Sequence record: LC537470.1
DNA: 32,000 bases
Strand: one strand, 5' to 3'
In this document: positions 8,355 to 17,388 of the stretch, in pieces
Numbering within the stretch: the stretch's first letter is position 1
Layout of the letters: each line of letters begins with the position of its first letter
The notes under the pieces: model-generated
What the model saw: only the letters and a program-made list of their open reading frames with translations
Told to the model about the DNA's origin: nothing
Databases searched by the model: none
Made by a program: the position numbers and the translations under genes

Positions 8355-9341
8355 ATGATGACAATAATTTGTATTATTCTGAAAATTCTTGCAATAGTGG
8401 TTCCACTATTAATTTCTGTAGCATATTTCACAATTGCAGAGCGAAAATTTATGGGTAGTATTCAGCGACGGAGAGGTCCAAACGTTATCGGTTTTGTAGG
8501 TCTACTGCAACCGCTTGCTGATGGATTAAAGCTGTTTGTAAAAGAAACTATCTTACCAAGTAACTCTAATATTTATGTTTTTTTGTTGGCTCCAATTTTA
8601 ACATTTGTCCTTAGTCTAATTGGATGGGCTGTTATTCCTTTATCTGAGAGTATAGTTATCTCAGATATGAATTTAGGTGTACTTTACCTGTTTGCAATTT
8701 CATCACTAAGTGTGTATGGTATTGTGATGGCAGGTTGGTCTAGTAACTCTAAGTACCCTTTCTTAGGATCACTTCGATCCGCGGCTCAAATGATTTCTTA
8801 TGAAGTCTCTATTGGGTTTATTATTGTAAATATTTGTGTTTGTGTTGGATCTTTCAACCTAACACAAATAGTTCTAGCTCAAGAAAAAGTTTGGTTTATA
8901 ATCCCATTGTTTCCAATGTTTATTTTGTTTTATATTTCAATGTTGGCAGAAACAAATCGCCATCCTTTTGATCTTCCAGAAGCAGAAGCGGAACTTGTTT
9001 CAGGTTACAATGTAGAATATTCTGCTATGACTTTTGCTTTATTCTTTTTAGGAGAATACGCAAACATGCTTTTAATGAGCACATTTTCGTCACTTCTTTT
9101 CTTAGGAGGATGGTTACCGTTGTTTGATGTATTACCGTTAAACATTTTACCTGGAAGTTTTTGGCTTTCGATTAAAATAATAATTGGAGTTCTTTTTTTT
9201 ATTTTAACAAGAGCTGCGTTACCAAGATACCGATATGATCAGTTAATGCATATCGGCTGGAAATCTTTTTTACCTTTATCACTAGGGTATTTGCTTTTCA
9301 CAGTTGGAGTGCTTACAAGTTTTAACTGGTTACCTAACTAG
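8355..9341 (+). CDS. nad1: NADH dehydrogenase subunit 1
   Basis: [37 protein letters not shown] and [25 protein letters not shown] are canonical ND1 blocks. Confidence 0.97.
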   Translation: MMTIICIILKILAIVVPLLISVAYFTIAERKFMGSIQRRRGPNVIGFVGLLQPLADGLKLFVKETILPSNSNIYVFLLAPILTFVLSLIGWAVIPLSESIVISDMNLGVLYLFAISSLSVYGIVMAGWSSNSKYPFLGSLRSAAQMISYEVSIGFIIVNICVCVGSFNLTQIVLAQEKVWFIIPLFPMFILFYISMLAETNRHPFDLPEAEAELVSGYNVEYSAMTFALFFLGEYANMLLMSTFSSLLFLGGWLPLFDVLPLNILPGSFWLSIKIIIGVLFFILTRAALPRYRYDQLMHIGWKSFLPLSLGYLLFTVGVLTSFNWLPN

Positions 9342-10055
9342 TTTTAGATCATTTAAAATTACAATAACTATAATTAGCTCGTAAAGAAAACAAAAAATAG
9401 TACCGAGTAAGAGCTGACTGATAACATCCGGGGGCGTTATTAAGGTTGCAATTAAAAAAAAACCTATGAAAAATAAACGACGACTTTTCTGGATAAACTG
9501 AGTTCTTCTTGTTAAAAAACTCAACGTCAAAAAGGTCGCAACAAAAAGTTGGCCCACGAACGCTGTTACGTAATAAGTCGTGGTATAAAAAGTAAAATAT
9601 TCCGTGATCTTCATTTCAAAAAAAATGGAAATAGATTGTTGCGATGCGTGTTGAAAACTTAAAAAGAAAGACCAGCAAAAAGGCAAAATTGCTTTGTTTA
9701 AGAGGACAAAACTCAAACTCCAGAAAAAGAAGCATATTAACGAGGTCAAATTTAAGTATTTAAGTTCTTTTCTGTATAGTCCTGGAGTCAAAAAAGTTTT
9801 TATATGATAGACACCTACAGCAAAAGTTAATTGAAACGCGACAAAGTAACTTAACGCTAAGTAGACAGAAAAAATATCTGTTAAGTTCGTAGCGATAAAA
9901 TAAAGAGTCTTTTCTTTAAACAAAAATTCGCATGGTTGAATTAATAGATATAATAGTGTTTCTTTGTTCAAATACGAGCTCATTGCACACAAGCTCCAAC
10001 ACAATATTGTTAATGAAACTCTATTTCGAATTTCATAAAAGTATTTACTAAACAT
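9330..10055 (-). CDS. tatC: Sec-independent (twin-arginine) translocase subunit TatC
   Basis: Multi-pass protein with FYEIRNRV near the N-terminus and the conserved TPPDVISQ motif. The track ORF starts at 10112, but its first 19 codons are antisense trnW. The ATG at 10055 ([13 protein letters not shown]) is the likely start. The 3' end overlaps nad1 convergently by 12 nt. Confidence 0.85.
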   Translation of the reverse strand: MFSKYFYEIRNRVSLTILCWSLCAMSSYLNKETLLYLLIQPCEFLFKEKTLYFIATNLTDIFSVYLALSYFVAFQLTFAVGVYHIKTFLTPGLYRKELKYLNLTSLICFFFWSLSFVLLNKAILPFCWSFFLSFQHASQQSISIFFEMKITEYFTFYTTTYYVTAFVGQLFVATFLTLSFLTRRTQFIQKSRRLFFIGFFLIATLITPPDVISQLLLGTIFCFLYELIIVIVILNDLKLVR

Positions 10056-10069
10056 TTTTAAATTTTTTA

Positions 10070-10142
10070 AGGAGAATAGTTCAGTTGGTAGAACAGTGGT
10101 TTCCAAAACCAAAGGTCAGGGGTTCAACTCCCTTTTTTCCTG
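10070..10142 (+). tRNA. trnW: tRNA-Trp (CCA)
   Basis: Acceptor aggagaa/ttttcct, anticodon arm gtggt-ttCCAaa-accaa, T-loop ttcaact. The CCA anticodon reads only UGG, which fits the standard code. Confidence 0.9.
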
Positions 10143-10278
10143 TTTTTTTTTTCGTAACTCGAGACTTTCGAGTGGTAAAAATACGTTTGATATTAGTTAA
10201 TATTTTAGAAAAATCACCAAACATTAACAAAACTAATAAAAATAGTATAAGTAGTTGACCAAAACTAAAATTTCCCAT
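10081..10278 (-). CDS. tatA: TatA-like small membrane protein (putative twin-arginine translocase subunit A)
   Basis: MGNFSFGQLLILFLLVLLMFGDFSKILTNIKRIFTTRK has a short N-tail, a TM helix, an FG hinge and a basic amphipathic helix, as in bacterial TatA ([25 protein letters not shown]). It lies 25 nt upstream of tatC on the same strand. The last ~20 codons and the TGA stop lie antisense to trnW. Confidence 0.6.
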   Translation of the reverse strand: MGNFSFGQLLILFLLVLLMFGDFSKILTNIKRIFTTRKSRVTKKKTGKKGVEPLTFGFGNHCSTN

Positions 10279-10331
10279 TGACTGCGGTTTATGTTTATTA
10301 TTTATCGTTTTTTTATAAATAAGTTTACGTG

Positions 10332-10403
10332 AGGCTTGTAGTTCAGTGGTAGAACGTACCGCTCATAACGGTTTAGTCGCAGGTTCAAATCCTGCCAAGC
10401 CTA
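10332..10403 (+). tRNA. trnM: tRNA with CAU anticodon (elongator Met, or Ile if C34 is modified)
   Basis: Acceptor aggcttg/caagcct, anticodon loop ctCATaa, T-loop ttcaaat. The anticodon stem lacks the three G:C pairs typical of initiators. Confidence 0.85.
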
Positions 10404-10433
10404 TTAATTAGAAAAAAAATATTAAATTAAAAA

Positions 10434-10904
10434 ATGAAATTTGGATTAAAAGATTATAAATTACAAAAAATCGTAACTTGTTTTAAAAAAGAACCTTTAG
10501 TGTTTGTATTTAATGTGTCGAATACAAATTCGAAAAACTGGTTAAAAGTGGAACAAACACTTCACAAATATGATATGAAATGTGTAAAAATTTCAAACAG
10601 TTTGTCAAAAAAGTCTTTAGAGAATTCTATCTTTAAAAATATTAGCTCCATGTTAAATGGTAATGTTTGTTTAATACACTTAAAAGACCCAAAAAATATG
10701 CCTGCATTACTTCAGGAAATTATTAAGTTAGACCCTACGTTAACTTTCTTAGGCGTAAAACTCAATAACAAAATTTACTCTGAAAGTCAAATTTTGAAGA
10801 TTTTTAGCCTGAACTACAGTCAAAATGTAAGAGTTTTTAATAACTCATTAAAAAGACTGTTAAAGTTTCCGTATCAAAAACTTAAAAAAAAAGAATCGAA
10901 ATAA
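10434..10904 (+). CDS. hypothetical protein, ribosomal protein L10-like
   Basis: By eye this 156-aa ORF follows the bacterial L10 pattern: LVFVFNVSNTNSKNWLKVEQTLHKYDMKCVKISNSLSKKSLENSIFKNISSMLNGNVCLIH against E. coli [61 protein letters not shown]. The similarity is weak, so this is not a firm call. The 3' end overlaps antisense trnP by 9 nt. Confidence 0.45.
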   Translation: MKFGLKDYKLQKIVTCFKKEPLVFVFNVSNTNSKNWLKVEQTLHKYDMKCVKISNSLSKKSLENSIFKNISSMLNGNVCLIHLKDPKNMPALLQEIIKLDPTLTFLGVKLNNKIYSESQILKIFSLNYSQNVRVFNNSLKRLLKFPYQKLKKKESK

Positions 10905-10969
10905 TGTGATTCGAACACATGACTTCCTGTTCCCAAAACAGGCACGCTACCAGACTGCGTTATATTTCG
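10896..10969 (-). tRNA. trnP: tRNA-Pro (UGG)
   Basis: Reverse complement has acceptor cgaaata/tatttcg, anticodon arm cctgt-ttTGGga-acagg and T-loop ttcgaat. Confidence 0.9.
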
Positions 10970-10979
10970 AAAAACTCTT

Positions 10980-11062
10980 TGAAAGAAGTAGGATTCGAAC
11001 CTACGATGGGAGTACCCAACAGATTTACAATCTGCCACTTTAAACCGCTCAGTCATTCTTTC
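10980..11062 (-). tRNA. trnY: tRNA-Tyr (GUA), bacterial-type long variable arm
   Basis: Reverse complement has acceptor gaaagaa/ttctttc, anticodon arm gcaga-ttGTAaa-tctgt, a long variable arm and T-loop ttcgaat. Confidence 0.9.
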
Positions 11063-11077
11063 TTATATGTTTAACAA

Positions 11078-11674
11078 CTATCGTAGCACCATTCGTTTAG
11101 TTCTACGCTTAATTCGTTTTAATTTTTTTGGACGACACCCATTGTGTGGTGACAAGTTGTAACTTTGAATAGATTTTATAAAAAGCTTATCTTTTAACGC
11201 TTTTATTAAAAATGATTGATAAAACGCTTTGGTATTCTTAAAGTGAATAGCCACAGGTGCATTTCTTAAAAAACCAACTTTTAATAGTAAAACTTTAAAA
11301 ATATTAACCAAAGCCATTGGCTGTTTTTTTTTCTGTCGTTTTGCTAAATTAACTAAACCTGCAGAAATTGAAATTTTAGGATTTCCTGCGACGTCTGTTA
11401 CGCTAACAATTGTATTTGTTTGCGATAATGTTACGTTTATGATATAGTTAATTAAAGGAGTGCCTTTTTGTGAACGTCTAGAGTTTTCTGTGTTTTTAAT
11501 TGCATTAAACTTTCGATAAACACTATTCAATTCTTCTTTTTTTATAATAGTGTGGGCTAATTTTGCCGATTTTAATTTGTTTAAAAGTTCGGATAACCGA
11601 AGTAACTTTTTTAAATGGGAAACGCTACCTTTTGGTGAATCGTTACTTGTTTTTACTATTTTTGATAAAATCAT
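11078..11674 (-). CDS. rps11: ribosomal protein S11 (with N-terminal extension)
   Basis: The C-terminus IQSYNLSPHNGCRPKKLKRIKR matches the S11 signature (D.TP.PHNGCRP.K.RR). The N-terminal ~60 residues are extra relative to bacterial S11. Confidence 0.85.
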   Translation of the reverse strand: MILSKIVKTSNDSPKGSVSHLKKLLRLSELLNKLKSAKLAHTIIKKEELNSVYRKFNAIKNTENSRRSQKGTPLINYIINVTLSQTNTIVSVTDVAGNPKISISAGLVNLAKRQKKKQPMALVNIFKVLLLKVGFLRNAPVAIHFKNTKAFYQSFLIKALKDKLFIKSIQSYNLSPHNGCRPKKLKRIKRRTKRMVLR

Positions 11675-11698
11675 AATTTAAAATAATTTATTGCTAAA

Positions 11699-12514
11699 AT
11701 GAAACTTAAAACTTTTAAACCAACAACACCATCACAACGAAATTTGGTTCAACTAAATAAATCAGGTTTGAAAAAAAAACCTTTGCTTAAAAATAAAATA
11801 AAAGGTACAAAAAATAAAACAGGTATAGGGCTTAACGGCCAAATAACCGCGTGGCACCGAGGTGGTGGTCACAAAAAAAAGTATCGTGAAATTAACTTTT
11901 ACCGTGTAAACGATAAAACAGGTATTGTTACAAGCTTAGAATACGATCCTTATCGAAGCGCAAATATTGCATCTATTTTTGATATAAACACTAAAAAATA
12001 TGATTATATTTTAGCACCTAAGGGGCTACAAATCGGTGATATTGTTAAAGCAGGTCAAAACGCAGAAGCCAAAAATGGTCATTCATTGCCTCTGGCGAAA
12101 ATTCCTGTTGGAAGTTTAATTCACAACATTTCTGTTAAAAAACGTAAACCTGCGCAATTAAGTAGAGCAGCTGGTACATTTTCTCAATTGATTGAGAAAG
12201 GTTCTAATTACGTGAGAATCAGATTAAGTTCTGGGGAACACAGAAATGTTTCAGTAGACTGCTATGCAACAATTGGTGTTGTGTCAAATGAATTTTCATT
12301 TTTAACGACATTGGGTAAAGCGGGTCGGTCTCGATGGTTAAATAAACGCCCACACGTTCGTGGTGTTGCTATGAACCCTATAGACCACCCACATGGTGGT
12401 GGAGAAGGTAAAACTTCTGGAGGACGATCTTCTGTTACACCTTGGGGAAAACCTACAAAAGGTGGTAAAACTAGTAGATCCACAAATAAATACATTATTG
12501 TTAAAAAATCTTAA
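11699..12514 (+). CDS. rpl2: ribosomal protein L2
   Basis: HRGGGHKKKYR and MNPIDHPHGGGEGKTSGG are canonical L2 motifs. Confidence 0.97.
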   Translation: MKLKTFKPTTPSQRNLVQLNKSGLKKKPLLKNKIKGTKNKTGIGLNGQITAWHRGGGHKKKYREINFYRVNDKTGIVTSLEYDPYRSANIASIFDINTKKYDYILAPKGLQIGDIVKAGQNAEAKNGHSLPLAKIPVGSLIHNISVKKRKPAQLSRAAGTFSQLIEKGSNYVRIRLSSGEHRNVSVDCYATIGVVSNEFSFLTTLGKAGRSRWLNKRPHVRGVAMNPIDHPHGGGEGKTSGGRSSVTPWGKPTKGGKTSRSTNKYIIVKKS

Positions 12515-12526
12515 AAAATAAAGTAA

Positions 12527-12781
12527 ATGAGTAGAGCTAAATGGAAAAGTCCTTTTGTAAGCAATCAATTATTACAAGAGTGTAATGGTACAACAAAAGA
12601 AATATATACTCAATCAAGAGAGTCTACAATCGTTCCTAAGTTTATTGGGTTAACTATTAATGTCCACAATGGTCATGGGTTTTCAAAAATTAAAATTACT
12701 GAGCCCATGGTCGGTCACAAACTTGGTGAATTTGCACCTACGCGAAAACGATTTTCATTTAAAAAAAAGAAAGCTAAATAA
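12527..12781 (+). CDS. rps19: ribosomal protein S19
   Basis: [31 protein letters not shown] is the S19 core. It follows rpl2 as in the S10 operon. Confidence 0.93.
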   Translation: MSRAKWKSPFVSNQLLQECNGTTKEIYTQSRESTIVPKFIGLTINVHNGHGFSKIKITEPMVGHKLGEFAPTRKRFSFKKKKAK

Positions 12782-12798
12782 GCTATTTAAAAAATTCA

Positions 12799-13647
12799 AT
12801 GGGTCAAAAAACAAATCCAACTATTTTTAACTTAAGTTTAAAAAACGCCGAGTGGAAATCTAAATACATAGAAAAAAATAAAGAAGAATCATCGTTATTT
12901 CTTTACCAAGACATTGAAATTAGAAATTATTTAGACCAAGTTTTTAAAAACTTTGGATTATTAATTCACAACTGTAAAATCGAATACGGTCAAGAAACAA
13001 CTACATTGTTAGTTACATTTTTTGAAAAAAAGACCGAAACTAGTAAATTTTACGGAGAAAAAAACAAAAATCAAGAACTTTTTTTTAAATCAAGCAAAGA
13101 ATTAATAAACCACATTGTAAATGACATTGTGGTGTTAAATTTAAATCTTTTTTTAAGAAACTCTGCTGTTGTTTTAAAAGTTCAAAACTTAAATCAAAGA
13201 TTTGCTATACGTATTAACAAGTCCAAAACAAACTCGTTTGAATACAAGGTATTGTTAAGACGATTTAGAAGGTTTTTAAAAACTGCTCTATTTAAAGAGT
13301 TAGTCAAAGTATTATTTATTTCAGTAAGTGAGAAAAATTCAGCAAAGCTACTTGCGAAAGCTATATCGTCTTATTTTGAAAAACAAAAAAAAAGACATGG
13401 ATTCGTTCTTTTTCTATTAAAGCACGTCTTAGAAGAACTTATTACATCAAAAATCTCAAAAGTAAATGGTGTGAAAATTGTTATCAGCGGACGTTTTAAT
13501 GGAGTACCTAGAGCCAATAAAAAAATTTTAAAGATAGGCCAAGTGCCGCTACAGTCTTTTGATTCTCCAATTGATTATTATGAAGACACATCTTATACAT
13601 CAAATGGTACTTTTGGTGTTAAAGTTTGGATATCTGAAAAAAACTAG
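12799..13647 (+). CDS. rps3: ribosomal protein S3
   Basis: MGQKTNP start and the C-terminal ISGRFNGVPRA..GVKVWI block are S3-like. The middle is divergent and lysine-rich. It sits between rps19 and rpl16. Confidence 0.85.
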   Translation: MGQKTNPTIFNLSLKNAEWKSKYIEKNKEESSLFLYQDIEIRNYLDQVFKNFGLLIHNCKIEYGQETTTLLVTFFEKKTETSKFYGEKNKNQELFFKSSKELINHIVNDIVVLNLNLFLRNSAVVLKVQNLNQRFAIRINKSKTNSFEYKVLLRRFRRFLKTALFKELVKVLFISVSEKNSAKLLAKAISSYFEKQKKRHGFVLFLLKHVLEELITSKISKVNGVKIVISGRFNGVPRANKKILKIGQVPLQSFDSPIDYYEDTSYTSNGTFGVKVWISEKN

Positions 13648-13662
13648 AAAAAAATTATTGTT

Positions 13663-14067
13663 ATGTTTTTACAACCGAAAAGATCAAAATACAAAAAAGT
13701 TCGAAAAGGGACTCTTCCAAAACTAGAGTACAGATCAACAAAACTTAGATTTGGAACAATTGGATTAAAAGCTCTAGAATCCGGTACTATATCGGCAAGA
13801 CAAATTGAAGCAGCACGACAATCGATCATGCGAAAGATCAAACGGAAAGGTAAGTTATGGATTCAAATTTTTCCAACAACACCTATCACAGCAAAACCAA
13901 CTGAGGTTCGAATGGGTAAAGGTAAAGGTGCCGTTAGTCATTGGGCTGTAAAAGTCGGTGGCGGCCGAGTTCTGTTTGAGTTATGCGGTGTTAGTACAAA
14001 CACAGCTATTGCAGCTTTTAGAACTGGTGGAGCTAAGTTACCGATTAAAACTGCTGTTTTTCAGTAA
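13663..14067 (+). CDS. rpl16: ribosomal protein L16
   Basis: MFLQPKRSKYKK...TAKPTEVRMGKGKGAVSHWAVKV is the canonical L16 sequence. Confidence 0.95.
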   Translation: MFLQPKRSKYKKVRKGTLPKLEYRSTKLRFGTIGLKALESGTISARQIEAARQSIMRKIKRKGKLWIQIFPTTPITAKPTEVRMGKGKGAVSHWAVKVGGGRVLFELCGVSTNTAIAAFRTGGAKLPIKTAVFQ

Positions 14068-14184
14068 AATAAAAAACACATATAAGACATTTATTAAAAT
14101 TTGATGACAAACTTTAAATTTACATTTTATTGCTGCTTTGAAGTTTCCGAACTAATCTATCATTTCAAATATAAATAATACTAA

Positions 14185-14421
<237 letters not shown>

Positions 14422-14455
14422 TTTTAACTTTCAAGTTAAACGTGTTAAAAGTAAA

Positions 14456-14527
14456 GGGTACGTAGCTCAGTGGTAGAGCATTGGACTTTTAATCCACAGG
14501 TCTTGGGTTCGAACCCCAATGTACCCA
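14456..14527 (+). tRNA. trnK: tRNA-Lys (UUU)
   Basis: Acceptor gggtacg/tgtaccc, anticodon loop ctTTTaa, T-loop ttcgaac. Confidence 0.9.
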
Positions 14528-14539
14528 AAAATAATATAG

Positions 14540-14851
14540 ATGATTACTACAAATATAAGTTATATTTTAAATATTATTATAATTCTGTTCTTAATAGGGG
14601 CTTTAGGCCTTGTCCTTAACCGAAAAAACATCTTAATTACGATTATGTCGGTAGAATTAATGTTACTATCAGTAAACTTAAACTTTGTTATTTTTTCAGT
14701 ATATCTTGATGATATTACAGGATATATTTTTGTGTTGTTTATTCTTACAATTGCGGCAACTGAATCTGCAATTGGTTTAGCGATTTTATCAGCATACTAC
14801 AAGTTAAAACAAACAATTCAAATGGACAAAATTAAAAACATTAAAAGTTAA
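14540..14851 (+). CDS. nad4L: NADH dehydrogenase subunit 4L
   Basis: 103 aa with three hydrophobic helices. SVELMLLSVNL and AATESAIGLAILSAYY are ND4L-like. Confidence 0.9.
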   Translation: MITTNISYILNIIIILFLIGALGLVLNRKNILITIMSVELMLLSVNLNFVIFSVYLDDITGYIFVLFILTIAATESAIGLAILSAYYKLKQTIQMDKIKNIKS

Positions 14852-14868
14852 ATTTTTTATGTTTTTTT

Positions 14869-14943
14869 CGGGAAAGACGGGACTCGAACCCGCAATCTTC
14901 GACGTGACAGGTCGACGCTTTAACCAAATTAAGCTACATTCCC
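14869..14943 (-). tRNA. trnD: tRNA-Asp (GUC)
   Basis: Reverse complement has acceptor gggaatg/ctttccc (one mismatch), anticodon arm tcgac-ctGTCac-gtcga and T-loop ttcgagt. Confidence 0.9.
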
Positions 14944-14958
14944 ATAAATGAAATAAAA

Positions 14959-17247
14959 ATGAAATCTTTAAAATACTTTCACATTAATAACGTAAAATTT
15001 AATTATGTATTGGAATTTCAAAGTAATCACAAAAATGATTACTGGAAACACAATGCTCCTTTAATTGAATACTGTGAAACAATTGGTGTAAATATACCTC
15101 ACTATTGTTATCATAAAAATCTGTCTATTTCAGGAAACTGCCGTATGTGTCTTGTTGAACTAAAAAACTCACCAAAACCTATTGTTTCGTGTGCTATGAG
15201 TGCAAAATCTTGTTTAAACAATAGTGAAGTTTTTACAAATAGCCCTCTTGTTAAAAAAGCTCGAGAGAACGTACTTGAGTTTTTACTATTAAATCACCCA
15301 CTAGATTGTCCTATTTGTGACCAAGGTGGAGAGTGTGATTTACAAGATCAATCACTTTATTTTGGTATTACCAAAAAAAGATTTTACAACTTTAAACGTG
15401 TTGTTACTGACAAAAACATTGGTCCAATTGTTAAAACAGTAATGACTCGATGTATACATTGTACACGATGTGTTCGATTTGCTGCAGAAGTTGCTGGTAC
15501 CGAAGATTTAGGTATGTTTGGTCGTGGGCTTGATAGCGAAATTGGAACTTACGTTACAAAAACTTTCCAATCAGAACTTTCTGGAAATATTATTGACTTA
15601 TGCCCAGTAGGAGCTTTAACTTCTAAACCATACCCGTTTGTAAGCCGAAGTTGGGAATTAAAGCATGTTAACTCTATTGATTTTTCAGATGCATTCGCGG
15701 AAAACACACAAGTTTATTTAAAAAACAACAAAGTTGTAAAAGTGAATCCAGGTTATAACCCAAGTAGTAACACTACAAATTGGATTTCGGATAAAACAAG
15801 ATTTGCTTTTGACGGTATGTTTTCTCCTGAACGACTATTAACAAACTTTGTTAAGTCTGGAACAAAAGAAGTACAAACTTTAAACTCTTGGAAAACTTTA
15901 TTAAATGAAGTTATGTTAACATTATATTTTCAAGACCATTTAAATAAACACTTCTTGACAACAAACAATTTATATTTTGTATTCGATTCTAACGTAAGTT
16001 TAGAAGTTTTGAACTTATTGTCTATGTTTTCTAAAAAATATTCTTTTGTTAAATTAAGAAAATCGGAAAACTGTTCACAAAACGTTGACTTAGAATCTGA
16101 CTTCATAGCAAACAGTAGTAAAGATATGACAGAATCTTTAGAAAAGTCAACAGTTTGCTTACTTGTAGGTTTGAATTCGAGATACGAGAGCTCAAGCCTA
16201 AACGTTAAGTTACGAAAAAGAGCTCTTGCAGGAAATTTTAAAGTTTTTTCTATTGGTTCTTCTCTTGACTTGACTTTTCCTGTATCAAATGTTGGACTAA
16301 GTATTGACACTCTAAAATCGATTGCAGAAGGTAATCACTTTTTTTCACAAGAACTTGCTTCATCAAAATCTATGATTTTTGCAAGCTCGTCTCTTTTACA
16401 AAGAAAAGATGGTAAAAGTTTACAAAAACTACTAAAAACTATTAGTAACAAAAGTTTAAGCCCACTGTCTAATACAAGCAACTTGAATATAATTAACAGT
16501 AGCTTAAATGAAACAGGTGCTAATTACTTGAACAGTTTTAAATCTTTTACAGAAACAGATTTAAATTCGAGCTGTGGTGTTTATTTTTTAAACACAGCAT
16601 CTCAAAGTTCCAATTTAAAAAAAATTGTAAACTTAAAACTGTTAAATTATTTAGACTCTAGTGACTCATTGCCTAGATTTTGTTTTGAACAAAACAATGG
16701 ATCTTTACCTTATGCTGCTAACCTTGGTAGTACAGCTTATAATGTATATAATTACGTTAATTTACCAAATAGTACATTTTTTGAAACAAAAGGTACATAT
16801 CTTAATGGTGAAGGTTGTTTTAAAAAAAGTGTTAGAATTATACCGACAAACCAACAAACAAAAGACGATTGGCAAATCTTACGAAAAGTTTTTGAAAACT
16901 CTAAAAAAATTAACTTTTCAAACAACTATAAAGATAATTCTTTATTAAGTTTTAACAGTAAAAGTTTTCAAAAATTTAAGAGTTTTAACGATTTTTTAAC
17001 ATGTGCAACCAACAATTTAACATCTAAAACAGTAGCAGATTATTTAAATTCTTCAACAGGTTACAACGTGGTTCCACTAAAAACGTTAAACGGATCGAAA
17101 TCTAAATTATCAAATACCAAATTAAAAATTTGGATTAATGATTTTTATATTGGTGGAAAAGATCCTTATAGTAAACAATCAAGTACTATGATCAAGTGTT
17201 CTAGAAATTTCAGAACGAACAAACATACGTTTTCACATATAAATTAA
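14959..17247 (+). CDS. nad11: NADH dehydrogenase subunit 11 (75-kDa / NuoG homologue), unsplit
   Basis: Fe-S cluster motifs CYHKNLSISGNCRMCLVE, HPLDCPICDQGGECDLQD and RCIHCTRCVRF are present. They are followed by a molybdopterin-like domain (NWISDKTRFAFDGMFSPERL...) and a divergent S/N-rich C-terminal part. Confidence 0.93.
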   Translation: MKSLKYFHINNVKFNYVLEFQSNHKNDYWKHNAPLIEYCETIGVNIPHYCYHKNLSISGNCRMCLVELKNSPKPIVSCAMSAKSCLNNSEVFTNSPLVKKARENVLEFLLLNHPLDCPICDQGGECDLQDQSLYFGITKKRFYNFKRVVTDKNIGPIVKTVMTRCIHCTRCVRFAAEVAGTEDLGMFGRGLDSEIGTYVTKTFQSELSGNIIDLCPVGALTSKPYPFVSRSWELKHVNSIDFSDAFAENTQVYLKNNKVVKVNPGYNPSSNTTNWISDKTRFAFDGMFSPERLLTNFVKSGTKEVQTLNSWKTLLNEVMLTLYFQDHLNKHFLTTNNLYFVFDSNVSLEVLNLLSMFSKKYSFVKLRKSENCSQNVDLESDFIANSSKDMTESLEKSTVCLLVGLNSRYESSSLNVKLRKRALAGNFKVFSIGSSLDLTFPVSNVGLSIDTLKSIAEGNHFFSQELASSKSMIFASSSLLQRKDGKSLQKLLKTISNKSLSPLSNTSNLNIINSSLNETGANYLNSFKSFTETDLNSSCGVYFLNTASQSSNLKKIVNLKLLNYLDSSDSLPRFCFEQNNGSLPYAANLGSTAYNVYNYVNLPNSTFFETKGTYLNGEGCFKKSVRIIPTNQQTKDDWQILRKVFENSKKINFSNNYKDNSLLSFNSKSFQKFKSFNDFLTCATNNLTSKTVADYLNSSTGYNVVPLKTLNGSKSKLSNTKLKIWINDFYIGGKDPYSKQSSTMIKCSRNFRTNKHTFSHIN

Positions 17248-17288
17248 ATAATTACTATCGTATAGCCTTTATAAATGTAATAACCATT

Positions 17289-17372
17289 TACCAAAAAAGG
17301 GACTTGAACCCTTACTCTCTAAAAAGAACTAGAACCTAAACCTAGCATGTCTACCAATTCCATCATTTTGGT
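17289..17372 (-). tRNA. trnL: tRNA-Leu (UAG)
   Basis: Reverse complement has acceptor accaaaa/ttttggt, anticodon arm ctagg-ttTAGgt-tctag, a long variable arm and T-loop ttcaagt. Confidence 0.85.
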
Positions 17373-17388
17373 GCTCTTGAACAAAGAA

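Noticed and set aside
10056-10112. Longer tatC start at 10112 (MVLETTVLPTELFSLKNLK...).
   Set aside because: These 19 codons are simply the antisense of trnW. The conserved TatC sequence begins after the ATG at 10055.
10874-11056. 60-aa ORF on the minus strand (and the similar 20427..20618 ORF).
   Set aside because: They are read straight through tRNA genes: trnP and trnY for the first, trnV and trnQ for the second. The open frame is an artefact of tRNA sequence.
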